A stretch of DNA of 64,000 bases from an uncultured virus (IMG/VR IMGVR_UViG_3300013004_000028) (IMGVR_UViG_3300013004_000028); one strand, 5' to 3'. Positions 10,340 through 20,725 are shown, counted from the first letter of the stretch. The notes: generated from the sequence alone by a model not told the origin. Program-made: numbers and translations.

Positions 10340-10660
10340 CTACTGTAGTTTGTTGTAAATTTTTATAACATTCAAGATATCTTCGAAAGAAGTATCTGGA
10401 CTGTCGTTGAACTCAGCAACAAAAAAACTTTTACCAGTATATAATCCGATAGCTTTTGATAATTTAGACATTACCTTTGAACGAGATTGAGATTCAGGTT
10501 CTGAAAAATAAGTAACTGCTCCATGGAGAGAGAAACAAATAGGTTCTTTTGTATCCTCTTTCCATTTCCTAGTAAATGAGAAATTAGAGCCATCTTTATT
10601 TAGAGCTCTACCATTTTGCAGCCACTTGTTTTTATTAGTGAATATTTTATTTAGATTCAT
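10340..10660 (-). CDS. Hypothetical protein (DUF6197-like)
   Basis: W.Q....G...CFSLHGAV...FND pattern, recalled by eye. Confidence 0.45.
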   Translation of the reverse strand: MNLNKIFTNKNKWLQNGRALNKDGSNFSFTRKWKEDTKEPICFSLHGAVTYFSEPESQSRSKVMSKLSKAIGLYTGKSFFVAEFNDSPDTSFEDILNVIKIYNKLQ

Positions 10661-11795
10661 TTTTAAATATTAAAGTATAATCTTTGTTCTCCAAGAAATC
10701 TTCATCATTCATAAAGCTTTCTTTTAGTTCTATAGGAAAAGATTTAAAGTCTAAATCATTTTTGTAATGATAAATAGATGCATATGTTTTTCCGTGAGCT
10801 ATGTAAACTCTATTTGATTTAAATAACATAGCATCTTTTTCTAGTATGTCAAGAGGTTTTTCTTTTGATTTCTTATATATAGTACATATGCCTAGAGTCT
10901 CAAGCCTTAACTGATTTAATAAATCATCGTTGCAACAGATAACAAGTAAATTTATAAGATTCGAAACACAGCTTTTAATAAAATCTACATCAAAACTTTC
11001 GTCACAAAAATAAACAATAGATTTTATATTTTTAATGTTTAAAGAATTTAAATCTAAAGGCTTTTTAGTGCTTATATCCGCTTTTGTTATATTTAAGATA
11101 GGAACAAGACACTCTTGATTATCAAAAATATCAAGACGTATATTAAAAGCTGTATTAACTAACTCTCTAGGAAAAAATCCGTCAGGAATAAAATTTAAAA
11201 ATCTAGGACCATATTTTTCTCCAATATATAATGTTTTATAATTTACAGAATCTTGTATACCTATTTTATTTAAAATTGCATTAGCTATTATTTCCGGCTT
11301 TATAGTATTTATAGTCTTTGGCCATTCATCTTTTTTATAATTCCATCTCGCAGTTTTTAATTCTGGCTCAATATAAAGAACCTTATCAAAAGAAGGAACC
11401 ACTACTTTGCTAGGATAATTACTTCCGAGAAGGATTAAATCTTTATTATAAACTCTACATAATTTAGCAGTAAGCTGGTTAGATGTAACACAAAGTCTAC
11501 TATTTTTAATTACATAAGCCAATTGTCTTACAGTTAAAGCTGATCTCAAATCCAAGGAACTTAAGACAGTGGGGTCTTCTTTATCTCCAACTTGAATGAC
11601 TTCAATACCTGTGATCCTTAAAAAATCAAGAATCATAGGAATGACTTCTGAACTGTAATCGTAAATTTGAGATTTCTTTTCAGAACCTGTTTGATATACT
11701 ATATAATCAGAAGGTACAGGATAGAAGTTTTCAGGGAAATCCTCTTCAGAAGTATAATCTTCTACTCCACAATGTTGAAATATTTTATTAAGCAT
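10647..11795 (-). CDS. GT9 (heptosyltransferase)-like C-terminal-lobe protein, degenerate
   Basis: VIQVG...DLRSALTVRQLAYVIKNSRL resembles the second GT9 domain; the DSG motif is absent. Confidence 0.5.
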   Translation of the reverse strand: MLNKIFQHCGVEDYTSEEDFPENFYPVPSDYIVYQTGSEKKSQIYDYSSEVIPMILDFLRITGIEVIQVGDKEDPTVLSSLDLRSALTVRQLAYVIKNSRLCVTSNQLTAKLCRVYNKDLILLGSNYPSKVVVPSFDKVLYIEPELKTARWNYKKDEWPKTINTIKPEIIANAILNKIGIQDSVNYKTLYIGEKYGPRFLNFIPDGFFPRELVNTAFNIRLDIFDNQECLVPILNITKADISTKKPLDLNSLNIKNIKSIVYFCDESFDVDFIKSCVSNLINLLVICCNDDLLNQLRLETLGICTIYKKSKEKPLDILEKDAMLFKSNRVYIAHGKTYASIYHYKNDLDFKSFPIELKESFMNDEDFLENKDYTLIFKNESK

Positions 11796-11796
11796 A

Positions 11797-13488
11797 TTAA
11801 AAATTATTTTTCATGAAATCTACGCAATTCCTTGTTATTTTTGGATGGAAAGCCATATCGAAAAAACCTTTATGATTCTCTATCCCCTCCATACCTAGGA
11901 CATCATCTAATGCTGGACTACAAGGCATTGTTTTTTTAATAAAATCCAAGTGCTCAAACATTTGAGGAAATAATGTAGATACATAGTAATCCCATTCTGA
12001 TTTAGGGAACTTTTTATGTAGCCTCTCTAGAACAGCAATAGAATCCACGCAATCTCCTAAATTGCCATCTTCTACATATAGAATTCTTTTTTTATCACTT
12101 TTATAATCTATTATATCATCTATAGAAAGAGTTTTATTTTCTGGCTTCTCTTCTATTTTTTGATTAAAAGAAAAATCGTAATCAGTAAAAGGAAGATCAT
12201 CTATAAACTTCTCAATTTTAGCGCAAATTTTATTACCATCAAAATTTTCTAAAGCCCATTGTCTTAGATTATATCCTTTTCGCTCTATTTCTTCTTTAGA
12301 AAGAGAAGTTATCTTCTCCATAAATTCGACTATTGAAGATGGCAAGACTTGAGCTTTATCAAACTGAGAGCCGTGTTCTCTATACAAAGTAAAGTCGAGA
12401 GGGAAGACTTCAGGATTTACTGTAAAATTAGTACCATAAGAATAATTAGTAGTAGCAACAGGCAAACCACAGAACAAAGCTTCTAAAACAGGCATCTCAA
12501 ATCCTCCACTTGTAGCTGGATGAATATAAGCATCGCACATATTGTACAATTCGCACAAATCTTCTTCTTCCACTCCTACAGAAACATTTGAAGTATTAAC
12601 TTTTTTCTCTGATTGACAATTTTGACAGTTCAATTCTTGACCAAAGAAAGGTTTAACAGATACATCCTTACAAGCAGAGCATACATAAGTAGTTAGAACA
12701 TCCTCTCTTCTGACATTGAATCTCTCTAAGAATTCAGGAATACGCCATCCCTCTGACCAATTTGTATGTAAAAATAATTTACAATCAATTTCTGGATGAG
12801 CTTTCTTAAAAATAGAAAAAGCTTCGATAAGTGTACCTACAAGCTTTCTTAACTGATTTCTAAAAACAAAACCAAATACAAAAGTATTATCTGCTACTCC
12901 GAATTTTCTTCGAACAGCTTTCTTTTCTTCTTTTGATAGAATTTTAAAATTCTTATCCTCAATAAGAGCTGGCATATACTCAGAATCTACTCCCTGCTCT
13001 GCCAAAGCATCTTTCGCAAATTGAGCTTTAACCCAGAGGTTTCCAAATTTATCTTTTTGATCTTTAAAAACTCTTAGCAAAGGAAGAGAATCAATAGGAG
13101 TCCAAAAAACATGTGGGAACTTATTGATCCACGGTTTATCAAAATAAGGCATACCCCATATATCTTCTAACATTATTAAAGCATCTGGCTTTTCTGTTTC
13201 AAGAACTCGATTTATATTATATTCCCCATACTGAATAGCTTGCATTTTAGATGCATCACCTCGAAACTGATCTAGCTCTCTAGGATTGTCTGGTAGACAC
13301 CCGTAACATTTCCAAGGCATTGACTTGCAAATATTATCACTCCAAGTAAAAGATCCTCCTGCGTACTCTACTAATTCATATTTACCTGTCTTAAAAAGAT
13401 AAGACAATAAAAATTTCATATGTCTACCAAAACCTGTATTGGCTAAACATGAATTAGAGTGTAATACTACTTTTTTCTTTCTTTGCAT
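11797..13488 (-). CDS. GT4-like glycosyltransferase with a Zn-ribbon insertion and a GT9-like N-lobe at its C-terminus
   Basis: TGFG, RNQLRK, LYNMCD..GGFEMPVLEA..CGLPV; CSAC...CQNC insertion; C-terminal GNLGDC. Confidence 0.75.
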   Translation of the reverse strand: MQRKKKVVLHSNSCLANTGFGRHMKFLLSYLFKTGKYELVEYAGGSFTWSDNICKSMPWKCYGCLPDNPRELDQFRGDASKMQAIQYGEYNINRVLETEKPDALIMLEDIWGMPYFDKPWINKFPHVFWTPIDSLPLLRVFKDQKDKFGNLWVKAQFAKDALAEQGVDSEYMPALIEDKNFKILSKEEKKAVRRKFGVADNTFVFGFVFRNQLRKLVGTLIEAFSIFKKAHPEIDCKLFLHTNWSEGWRIPEFLERFNVRREDVLTTYVCSACKDVSVKPFFGQELNCQNCQSEKKVNTSNVSVGVEEEDLCELYNMCDAYIHPATSGGFEMPVLEALFCGLPVATTNYSYGTNFTVNPEVFPLDFTLYREHGSQFDKAQVLPSSIVEFMEKITSLSKEEIERKGYNLRQWALENFDGNKICAKIEKFIDDLPFTDYDFSFNQKIEEKPENKTLSIDDIIDYKSDKKRILYVEDGNLGDCVDSIAVLERLHKKFPKSEWDYYVSTLFPQMFEHLDFIKKTMPCSPALDDVLGMEGIENHKGFFDMAFHPKITRNCVDFMKNNF

Positions 13489-13513
13489 TTGATTGTATTG
13501 TTTAAATATTTAT

Positions 13514-13548
13514 AAAAAAAGGCCGCTCACTTAAAAAGTGAGAAGCCT
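13514..13548 (-). terminator. Rho-independent terminator
   Basis: Minus strand reads AGGCT-T-CTCACTT-TTT-AAGTGAG-C-GGCCT followed by a T run, just after the SSB-like gene. Confidence 0.75.
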
Positions 13549-13571
13549 TGAATATTTTACTTAACTAAACA

Positions 13572-14204
13572 TTAAAAAGGGATTTCTTCTTCAGCTTCCC
13601 AACTTTCAGATTCATCAGAAGCAAAAGATTTAGTTTCTGTTTCTTCAGAGGCTTTAGTAGGATTTAATTTAATCCGTTCATTAAGGATTTTAATTTGATC
13701 TACGAAAAACAAATCAATCTTAGTAAAATCTCTAATAATTTTTCCCTTGAAAGAAATTTCTTCTGGAGAAGGAAGCTCTGAAGATTCAAACTTCCAAGTC
13801 ACCTTCTCATCATTTTGAGTAACATAATACGAGTCATACCCAGCTTTGGACAAGTAGTATCGAATAGAGATATTTTCAAAAGATTCTAAATTAAAAAATG
13901 AATTAAGAAGGCTTCGAGTCGCAATATTCATTCGGAAAGGAACAAGATAAGCTTCATCTTTATCTTTAATTATAGCCTTGACTCTAAAGTACTTGTCTCC
14001 CTTATACTCCTCTTCTACAGCTTCAATCTTAAATATAGAGCCAGATATAGAATTTATAGAGTTATCTGTGGATGGAACCCATTTATTTGTAACTGCATCT
14101 TTAGATGAGACTTCAAAGAAAGGTTTAACACTTTCGCCATTTATTTTAGAAACTGGCTTAAGAATTAAAAGCGTTCCAGTTTTTTCGTTTTTATTGCCTA
14201 ACAT
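13572..14204 (-). CDS. Putative single-stranded DNA-binding protein
   Basis: Beta-rich body and acidic tail ending EEEIPF, like the SSB C-terminal DDDIPF motif; lies in the replication cluster. Confidence 0.6.
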   Translation of the reverse strand: MLGNKNEKTGTLLILKPVSKINGESVKPFFEVSSKDAVTNKWVPSTDNSINSISGSIFKIEAVEEEYKGDKYFRVKAIIKDKDEAYLVPFRMNIATRSLLNSFFNLESFENISIRYYLSKAGYDSYYVTQNDEKVTWKFESSELPSPEEISFKGKIIRDFTKIDLFFVDQIKILNERIKLNPTKASEETETKSFASDESESWEAEEEIPF

Positions 14205-14302
14205 TCGAGTATTTTTTTATTTGTTTGGTTTGTTTTTGGAAAGAGACTTTCGTCTCAAAATTTTTGTATATTAATATTACATTCTAAAATGAAAAATGTT
14301 TC

Positions 14303-14566
14303 TTAAGCTTTAAAAATATGTTCCATTCCATTTTCAAGAATGAAATCAAAAAGCTCTAGTACTTCTTCTGAAAAGTTATTTTGATTTTCATCATCTATAG
14401 AAGAAATATATTTATCATATATTAAGTACATCAAGGAGGCTACCCATAAAGCATCAAAATTATGACTTTTTTCGTCTTTTATAAAAGGTAACCATGTTTC
14501 ATTTTTTTTAGAAAGAATTTGACCTATGGAAAGTAAAACTTCTAAAGAATTTTTATCTACACTCAT
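14303..14566 (-). CDS. Hypothetical protein
   Basis: ORF track; same strand and packing as neighbours. Confidence 0.5.
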   Translation of the reverse strand: MSVDKNSLEVLLSIGQILSKKNETWLPFIKDEKSHNFDALWVASLMYLIYDKYISSIDDENQNNFSEEVLELFDFILENGMEHIFKA

Positions 14567-14581
14567 AGGTATATTTATTCC

Positions 14582-14947
14582 TTAATTACCGTCAGATTCT
14601 GGCTGATCAGTAGCGATATCTTCTTCGTCAAGAGTTTCTTCTCCTTTCAAAGACTCAATAAATTTTTGCACAACATCTATAGCAAAACTTTCACGTTCAT
14701 CTTCAGGAACCATAGAACAATAAGAATTTAAAATTAAATGTATTAGTGCAACTACAATTTCCGAATTAAACGAATGAGGGTCTACATAGTCAAAAAAAGC
14801 AGATGAAGCGTCTTCTCCAGAAGCCTTGAATAATACTCTAAATAGAGTTTTAGTATCAGTGGTAATGGTCGGCTCCGATGTTTCAGTGTTCAACTCTTCG
14901 TTGATAATTTCAGCGTCTAAGATTTCTTCATTCATATTATTATTCAT
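14582..14947 (-). CDS. Hypothetical acidic protein
   Basis: ORF overlaps the dnaE stop. Confidence 0.5.
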   Translation of the reverse strand: MNNNMNEEILDAEIINEELNTETSEPTITTDTKTLFRVLFKASGEDASSAFFDYVDPHSFNSEIVVALIHLILNSYCSMVPEDERESFAIDVVQKFIESLKGEETLDEEDIATDQPESDGN

Positions 14948-17510
14948 TTTCTTCTATATTTTTTAATTCCGAGAGTTTCGTGTAAGCTTTATGGTTTTGG
15001 ATTTCCATATGATTTATCCAAAGTATATCTTCCCCTTTCTCTCCTGTTATATACAATATATCTTCCTCTTTTGGTGCTTCAGCTTGTTTTAAATATTTCG
15101 CTAATTTATCACCTAGTAACATAGCATAGTTTGAACCAGTCTCATCAAAAATTTTCATTTTTAGATAAATATTACCACTTTTACTTTTACCTTGAAGAAT
15201 ATCTTTTACAATACAAGTAAGCTCAAAAGAACCTTTAAGGCGAACGTATTTATCAATTTCATCTAAATTCCTAATCATAGGATTCAAGTCTCCAAAAACC
15301 ATTTTCATGGTAGTCGAATAAGAGAATCCGAGAAGCATTCTTTCATAAAAGAATGAAGCTAATAATTCATTTCGACTATTAAGATTATATATTTTAAAAT
15401 ATCCTATAGAATTTTTTCTGATAGTACTTAAACGAGAATCTTTTGTAAACTTTTTGCCATTAGAATCTATCCAATTCAGATAATCTTTAAGCATAATAAC
15501 AAGATCAGAATTATATTTATGCTCATTATTTATACAAAAGATTTTCTCTTTAGGAGTTAAGAGATTCCACAGTTGAGCTTCTAAAACTTTTTTAGATCTA
15601 TCTTTAATAGAATGTCCTAGAGCACCGCTTTGAATGAGAGAAGAAAGAATCCCAATACCTAACCTTGCATCCTTTGCAGAATTATAAAGTTTAAAATCAG
15701 AATCTATATCAGAAGATATGAAACTTTTAAGCTTTTCTATACTCTTGTCTGAGATACCTTTAATCTCTCCCAATCCGAATCTGATATTTTTACCCTCAAT
15801 AGAAAAAGCTAATCCACTTTTAGCAACATTCGGAGGTAGAAGTTCAATTCCGAAATGAGGAAGTTCATGCTGAATAAGCTGAAACTGTTCTAGGAAATCG
15901 CCTCTAGTAGCAGCTATCTTTAGACAGGCCAGAAAAAACTGTTGAGGATATTTATGTTTTAGATAAACCGTTGAGGCTGCGATAGTTGCATAAGAAAAGC
16001 TGTGGCTTTTGTTGAACGAATAATTTGCAGAATCTTCAAGAATCTTCCACAACAACTCTGGAATCTCTTTATTTAAACCATTCTTCTCGCAGGTTTCAAA
16101 GATGACATCTTTCCACTTGGCCATGTCTTTTATCTTCTTCTTACCAATGCATTTTCTGATGACCTCCCCGTCAGCTTTTGTTAAGCCAATCTTCTCACAC
16201 ATCTGCATCGTACTTTCTTGATACAAAGCTAAAGAGGCAGTGGACTTCAATAATTCGTCGAAAAATGGATGAATAGATTCATTTTTCCCTTCATTGACGA
16301 ATTGAGCATATCTGTCCACAAACTGCAATGCTCCGGGTCTAGCGAGTGCTGTAACAGCAGCTAGATGATCCATATTCTTTGGCTTTACCTTATTTACTAC
16401 TCCTAAGTTACAATCTCCACTAATTTGGAAAAGACCATAAGGATACTTCACATCTTGAAGATTCTTAAAAACATTATCATAATTTATTTCAAAATCTTTT
16501 GGATCTAAATCTAAATTAGAACAAACTTCATTGATAATACCAACAGCTTTCAATCCCAACAAATCAAGTTTGATATTATCAAGCTGAGCATAATCCATAT
16601 CATAAGTCGTAACCATTTCTCCTTCGCCCATTTCGCATGGGATAGAATCAATCAACTTATTATAAGACACTATATAAGCACTCGCATGAGAGCCTTTAGA
16701 ACAATTTAGTTCTGCAAGTTTCAGAGCTATCTTATAAGCCTTTGGATTATCTTTGACAAATTGAGCAAAAGAAGGAACCTCTTCTACAGCTTTCTTCAAG
16801 GAATGAACCTTCCCAAATAGAGAAGGGATCTGTGCAGAAATCTCAAGACTTTGCTGTTCAGAATATCCCAAAACAATTTTACAAACTTCCTTAATACATT
16901 TTCTACTTTGTAATGTGCTATGAGTAGATATTTTGCAAAAGTATCCATTATATTTTTCTTTTAGAATTTCAATTAATTTTTCACGTTTCGAATCTTCGAT
17001 ATCTAGATCAATGTCGGCAGCATCAGAATAATATTTAACGCCATCAACAATATTTGGAGTTGTTCTAGATGGAGAAAGAAACCTTTCGAAGAAAAGCCCG
17101 TTCTCTACAGGGTCTACATCTGTCACCTCTAGACAGTAGAGAACTAAGCTTGATGCGGCGCTGCCTCTTCCCGGCCCTACAGCGATCTTATTCTTCTTGG
17201 CTATATTGACTACATCCCATACCATTAATAAATAATCTACAAAATCTGTGGGTGAAATTACCCCCATCTCATAAGACAATCTATCTCTATAGGATTTTTC
17301 CTTTTTAGGATCAATGTCATTTTTTAATCTTTTCTCAAATCCTCTTTCGACTAACAAATTAAAAAGCTCTAGACTTGTTAGGTCTGATCCATTTAAATTA
17401 AAAGGAAGATCTAGGGCAGAATAATCCTCCTTACTTAAACAGAATTTAGGCAATCTAATACCGTGGATATTAAGATCTATATTTTCGAATTGATCTAAAA
17501 AGAATAACAT
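14940..17510 (-). CDS. dnaE: DNA polymerase III alpha subunit, catalytic part lacking the PHP domain
   Basis: GPGRGSAASSLV, LFFERFL, ADIDLD, KLDLLGL, RPGAL, YSFNKSHS, IRFGL..IKGI and a C-terminal OB fold. Confidence 0.95.
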   Translation of the reverse strand: MLFFLDQFENIDLNIHGIRLPKFCLSKEDYSALDLPFNLNGSDLTSLELFNLLVERGFEKRLKNDIDPKKEKSYRDRLSYEMGVISPTDFVDYLLMVWDVVNIAKKNKIAVGPGRGSAASSLVLYCLEVTDVDPVENGLFFERFLSPSRTTPNIVDGVKYYSDAADIDLDIEDSKREKLIEILKEKYNGYFCKISTHSTLQSRKCIKEVCKIVLGYSEQQSLEISAQIPSLFGKVHSLKKAVEEVPSFAQFVKDNPKAYKIALKLAELNCSKGSHASAYIVSYNKLIDSIPCEMGEGEMVTTYDMDYAQLDNIKLDLLGLKAVGIINEVCSNLDLDPKDFEINYDNVFKNLQDVKYPYGLFQISGDCNLGVVNKVKPKNMDHLAAVTALARPGALQFVDRYAQFVNEGKNESIHPFFDELLKSTASLALYQESTMQMCEKIGLTKADGEVIRKCIGKKKIKDMAKWKDVIFETCEKNGLNKEIPELLWKILEDSANYSFNKSHSFSYATIAASTVYLKHKYPQQFFLACLKIAATRGDFLEQFQLIQHELPHFGIELLPPNVAKSGLAFSIEGKNIRFGLGEIKGISDKSIEKLKSFISSDIDSDFKLYNSAKDARLGIGILSSLIQSGALGHSIKDRSKKVLEAQLWNLLTPKEKIFCINNEHKYNSDLVIMLKDYLNWIDSNGKKFTKDSRLSTIRKNSIGYFKIYNLNSRNELLASFFYERMLLGFSYSTTMKMVFGDLNPMIRNLDEIDKYVRLKGSFELTCIVKDILQGKSKSGNIYLKMKIFDETGSNYAMLLGDKLAKYLKQAEAPKEEDILYITGEKGEDILWINHMEIQNHKAYTKLSELKNIEENE

Positions 17511-17513
17511 AAA

Positions 17514-18134
17514 TTAAGATTCCTGAAAATTGTAAGCAAGTTTTTTAAATATCTGAGCAGTCAAATAACAATCATAGTCACCTTGGTGAGTTCTAGATGC
17601 ATCTATTTCGATTCCCCATTCATTACACAAATAAGTGACATTACTTTTCAATCCTCTTTTAATAAAATTAGCCCAACGAGTTTGCCATGCATCAAAATTA
17701 TCATAATCAGGCTTTGCCCCTGAAAGATAAGCTTTAGCTAAAGCATTCGTATCGACAACTCTTTTTACCCATTCGAAATCAATAGGCTTGCCAATTTCCC
17801 TAAACCAGTTTCGAATTTGATAAGCGTCGAAATTTAGTCCATTATGAAAACCTAGCAAGTCTTCTCCAAAAAACCAAGGGGATATTTCTTCATAAACCTT
17901 CTTCGGACATAGAGCTTTCTTTTCATACTCTTTAAAATTAAAACCTGTAATTTCAGCTGCCCTAGGATTAACATTCAAATCTTCCCACCACAGATATCTA
18001 GATTGACTATCTAGAATCTTTCCATTCTCCATGATAACCCAAGCAAACTCCCATGGCCGAGAAGTGTTAAGATTAAGTCCTTCTGTTTCTGTATCAGCAA
18101 AATAAATGCGCTGATTGATATCTAGTTTATTCAT
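17514..18134 (-). CDS. DEDDh 3'-5' exonuclease (DnaQ/epsilon-like)
   Basis: ADTETEG (Exo I), HNGLNFD (Exo II), HQGDYDC (Exo III). Confidence 0.85.
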   Translation of the reverse strand: MNKLDINQRIYFADTETEGLNLNTSRPWEFAWVIMENGKILDSQSRYLWWEDLNVNPRAAEITGFNFKEYEKKALCPKKVYEEISPWFFGEDLLGFHNGLNFDAYQIRNWFREIGKPIDFEWVKRVVDTNALAKAYLSGAKPDYDNFDAWQTRWANFIKRGLKSNVTYLCNEWGIEIDASRTHQGDYDCYLTAQIFKKLAYNFQES

Positions 18135-18361
18135 ATTTGGTTTAAAAAATCTATTTTCTTTTCAAGTTTTTTGATAATAGCTTTAGCTTCTTTTCTTTCT
18201 ATTAGAAGAGGATCACAGAATGAAATTTCCCCATCCTCAGTTATACAATCGTAAATAGGCGTTCCATCTTGATAAACGATTTCAACGACTTTTCCAACTC
18301 TACAGCTATCTCCAAAAAAGATTTTGGTTTTAACAAAGTCACCTTCTTTTATTGTTTGCAT
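18131..18361 (-). CDS. Small hypothetical protein (SH3/KOW-like)
   Basis: IKEGDFVK...GKVVEI pattern. Confidence 0.5.
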   Translation of the reverse strand: MQTIKEGDFVKTKIFFGDSCRVGKVVEIVYQDGTPIYDCITEDGEISFCDPLLIERKEAKAIIKKLEKKIDFLNQI

Positions 18362-18363
18362 AT

Positions 18364-19125
18364 TTATTTTTTATTTTCTAGAAATGATTCCCAACAAAAC
18401 TCCCTAGAAGACATATGATCAAATCCGGGATTGTCAAGTGTTCTTCCTGATCCAAATTGTTTTCTATTCAAGCACTTCAAAGTAAGAAAGGCTTCGTAAT
18501 CACTTCTATTTTTATAATAAATACTTTTAACCTCTTCTGTCTTAAAGTTATTCATCTTAGCAAAAAGAAGAGCAGCTTCTCTAATTAGATAATCAAAAGG
18601 TAGATTATTATCCTCAAGAAAAACTGTAGGGTTAATCTTTTTTAATTCAGGAATACAAAGAGATCCTTGTAATAGATTTTTATGGAGGAAAGAATCATAA
18701 AAAGGAATAGCTAATGCTAAATCTTCGCTCCAAAGAGAATGCAAGTCAGAATAAGAAAGTCTTGCCTCCTTGTTGAAATTATTATAAGCCGCCATAGTAG
18801 AAAGCTTAATCAAAGCCTTATAACCATTAAAATTCTTTGGAAAAATAATATTTTTGTGAGAAGATAAAGAGGTTTCTTCCGAAGAGCTGTTAATGAAGGA
18901 AACTCTTAAGCCAAAAATAAGTTTAATTTTTGAATCTTTACAGGCTTGTAACGCAGCTACGAATCCAGCCATTGTATCCTCTACAAGACATAATTCTTTT
19001 AGATTATTCTCAACAGCAATATTTATAATACTATCTGATAGATCAGTATCTTTATTCTTCTCGTAAGGATCGAGAGTTAATATACTACGTAAAATAGAGT
19101 AGTGACTCTTAAAAAGAGGAATCAT
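18364..19125 (-). CDS. Stand-alone PHP domain of DNA polymerase III alpha
   Basis: KSHYSIL, MAGFV, IKLIFGLR, KNFNGYKALIKLST match the DnaE N-terminal PHP domain. Confidence 0.85.
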   Translation of the reverse strand: MIPLFKSHYSILRSILTLDPYEKNKDTDLSDSIINIAVENNLKELCLVEDTMAGFVAALQACKDSKIKLIFGLRVSFINSSSEETSLSSHKNIIFPKNFNGYKALIKLSTMAAYNNFNKEARLSYSDLHSLWSEDLALAIPFYDSFLHKNLLQGSLCIPELKKINPTVFLEDNNLPFDYLIREAALLFAKMNNFKTEEVKSIYYKNRSDYEAFLTLKCLNRKQFGSGRTLDNPGFDHMSSREFCWESFLENKK

Positions 19126-19149
19126 TTGTAAGTAATTTAAATAAAAAGC

Positions 19150-20091
19150 TTAATTAAATTTAGGACAGCCGGAGTGCTTTCTCTGAACTATAGTATAGCC
19201 CAAAGCTACATAACTATCAAGTTCTTTTTTAAAATAAGCAGATTTAGAAGGTAAGCCTTCTTTAACAGCTTCAAAATACAAGAAGGGAGCTTTATATTCA
19301 CAAACCCAAACAGGTGATCCGTCTTCCTTATAAGTAAAAGGTTCTTTACCACAAAGCCATTTGCGTTTAAAATCTCCAGCAGCTGTATTAGCTAAAGCTT
19401 TCTCTAATCCAAAATCTTGCAAATATCCTGATATATATTCAAGGTAATGCTCGAAAGCTTCTATCTGACTCAAAGAAAACTCCATCTTAATATATGGATT
19501 CTTTCGGAATTTAAGGAAAAGAAATTCTACAGTTATTTTTTTTCCGGGATAAAGTTTAGAAGCCACTAATGCATAAATTAATGCTTGGATATTAAAATCC
19601 ATATCTTCTGAACCTTTTGAAAATTTAGATTTAGAAGATTTAAAATCTAAAATTCTAATATGATCTTCATAAATAAATAATCTATCTATAAAACCATAAA
19701 TCCAATATTTACCATTATTTATATTGAATTCATATTCTGTCTCGTATTTCTCACAGCCTTTTCCGTGGAAATCATTTTCTAAACCGGTTACCAAAAACCC
19801 GTTTATTTTTTCATAATTTTCAGAAGAATCTACCTCTTCTTTTTTAAGCCACTTAGAAGCAAGTCTATGAAGACATGGCAACGATAATGGCCTTCCGCAA
19901 GTAAGAGCTTGACTCACCTTTTCTTTCCTTTTCGGATGAGCCAAACATTCTAAAATAATGTGAGTTATTCCTCCCAGTTTTGAACCAGTGTTCCCCTTTG
20001 AAGGTAAGCCACAGTTATATTTTAAATATGCAAGATAAGAACAACTACTATAAGATTTTATTTTGCTTGCGGAAAGCCTAGGAAGTGACAT
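19150..20091 (-). CDS. PD-(D/E)XK exonuclease (Cas4/AddB-like)
   Basis: LSASKI..Y..C, G...H..LE, GFIDRL, ILDFKS, Q..IY, plus C-terminal cysteines. Confidence 0.85.
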   Translation of the reverse strand: MSLPRLSASKIKSYSSCSYLAYLKYNCGLPSKGNTGSKLGGITHIILECLAHPKRKEKVSQALTCGRPLSLPCLHRLASKWLKKEEVDSSENYEKINGFLVTGLENDFHGKGCEKYETEYEFNINNGKYWIYGFIDRLFIYEDHIRILDFKSSKSKFSKGSEDMDFNIQALIYALVASKLYPGKKITVEFLFLKFRKNPYIKMEFSLSQIEAFEHYLEYISGYLQDFGLEKALANTAAGDFKRKWLCGKEPFTYKEDGSPVWVCEYKAPFLYFEAVKEGLPSKSAYFKKELDSYVALGYTIVQRKHSGCPKFN

Positions 20092-20092
20092 T

Positions 20093-20698
20093 TTAATTTT
20101 CGATTAGATTCCAGAGAGTGTCATCAAACAATGATGATTTTACTAGAGTCTTTATATCAGAGTCTTTGGGTTTGTCTCCTGAATATTTCACTTTTCCGCC
20201 TCTTTTTTTGTATTCCTTCAAAACAAATAGATTTTTTACATAAGAATTTTTTTCTCCAAATTTTCTATCTGCGACTTCCTTTACTTGGGAATACTTTTCC
20301 TTGTCCAAATACTCAACTTCAGCGAATGAGAACTCAATAGGTTCTTCTTTGGCATTTTCAAGATCTCTATCTAGAGCGATTATTTCTTCTTGAGATGGAA
20401 GATTATCAAAATCAAAATGATCTTCTTCCGATCCTACAATTTGACTAACTGGCTTATCTGACCACATTTTACATGACCAATAATTAGCTTTGTATTTAGG
20501 TCCGGGATTATCACAATTATGTCTGGCTCTATAATTGCTTCTACGCTCAGGATCATCTCTTTTGATTGACATATTCGGATCACCGAATTTTACAATGACA
20601 ACACTACCTTTGTCATTTTTTACGTACACACCAAATTTTTTAGCACTTCCACCCGGAAGTCTGAATGGTTTATTTAAGGTTTTATTTTCGTTTTTCAT
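20093..20698 (-). CDS. Conserved viral protein of unknown function (two small domains)
   Basis: VKFGDPNM..RR..YRARH.C...YWSC N-domain and KEYKKRGG C-domain; both patterns recalled from large DNA viruses. Confidence 0.65.
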   Translation of the reverse strand: MKNENKTLNKPFRLPGGSAKKFGVYVKNDKGSVVIVKFGDPNMSIKRDDPERRSNYRARHNCDNPGPKYKANYWSCKMWSDKPVSQIVGSEEDHFDFDNLPSQEEIIALDRDLENAKEEPIEFSFAEVEYLDKEKYSQVKEVADRKFGEKNSYVKNLFVLKEYKKRGGKVKYSGDKPKDSDIKTLVKSSLFDDTLWNLIEN

Positions 20699-20720
20699 AT
20701 TTAATGCTAATTATACTGTA

Positions 20721-20725
20721 TACAC
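20721..20725 (-). promoter_or_regulatory. GTGTA motif (putative phage-specific promoter)
   Basis: The same motif lies 12-24 nt upstream of five gene starts. Confidence 0.45.

Noticed and set aside
19150..20091. Cas4-like gene as evidence of a CRISPR-Cas system
   Set aside because: No repeat-spacer array or other cas genes; solo Cas4-like nucleases are common in phage replication modules.
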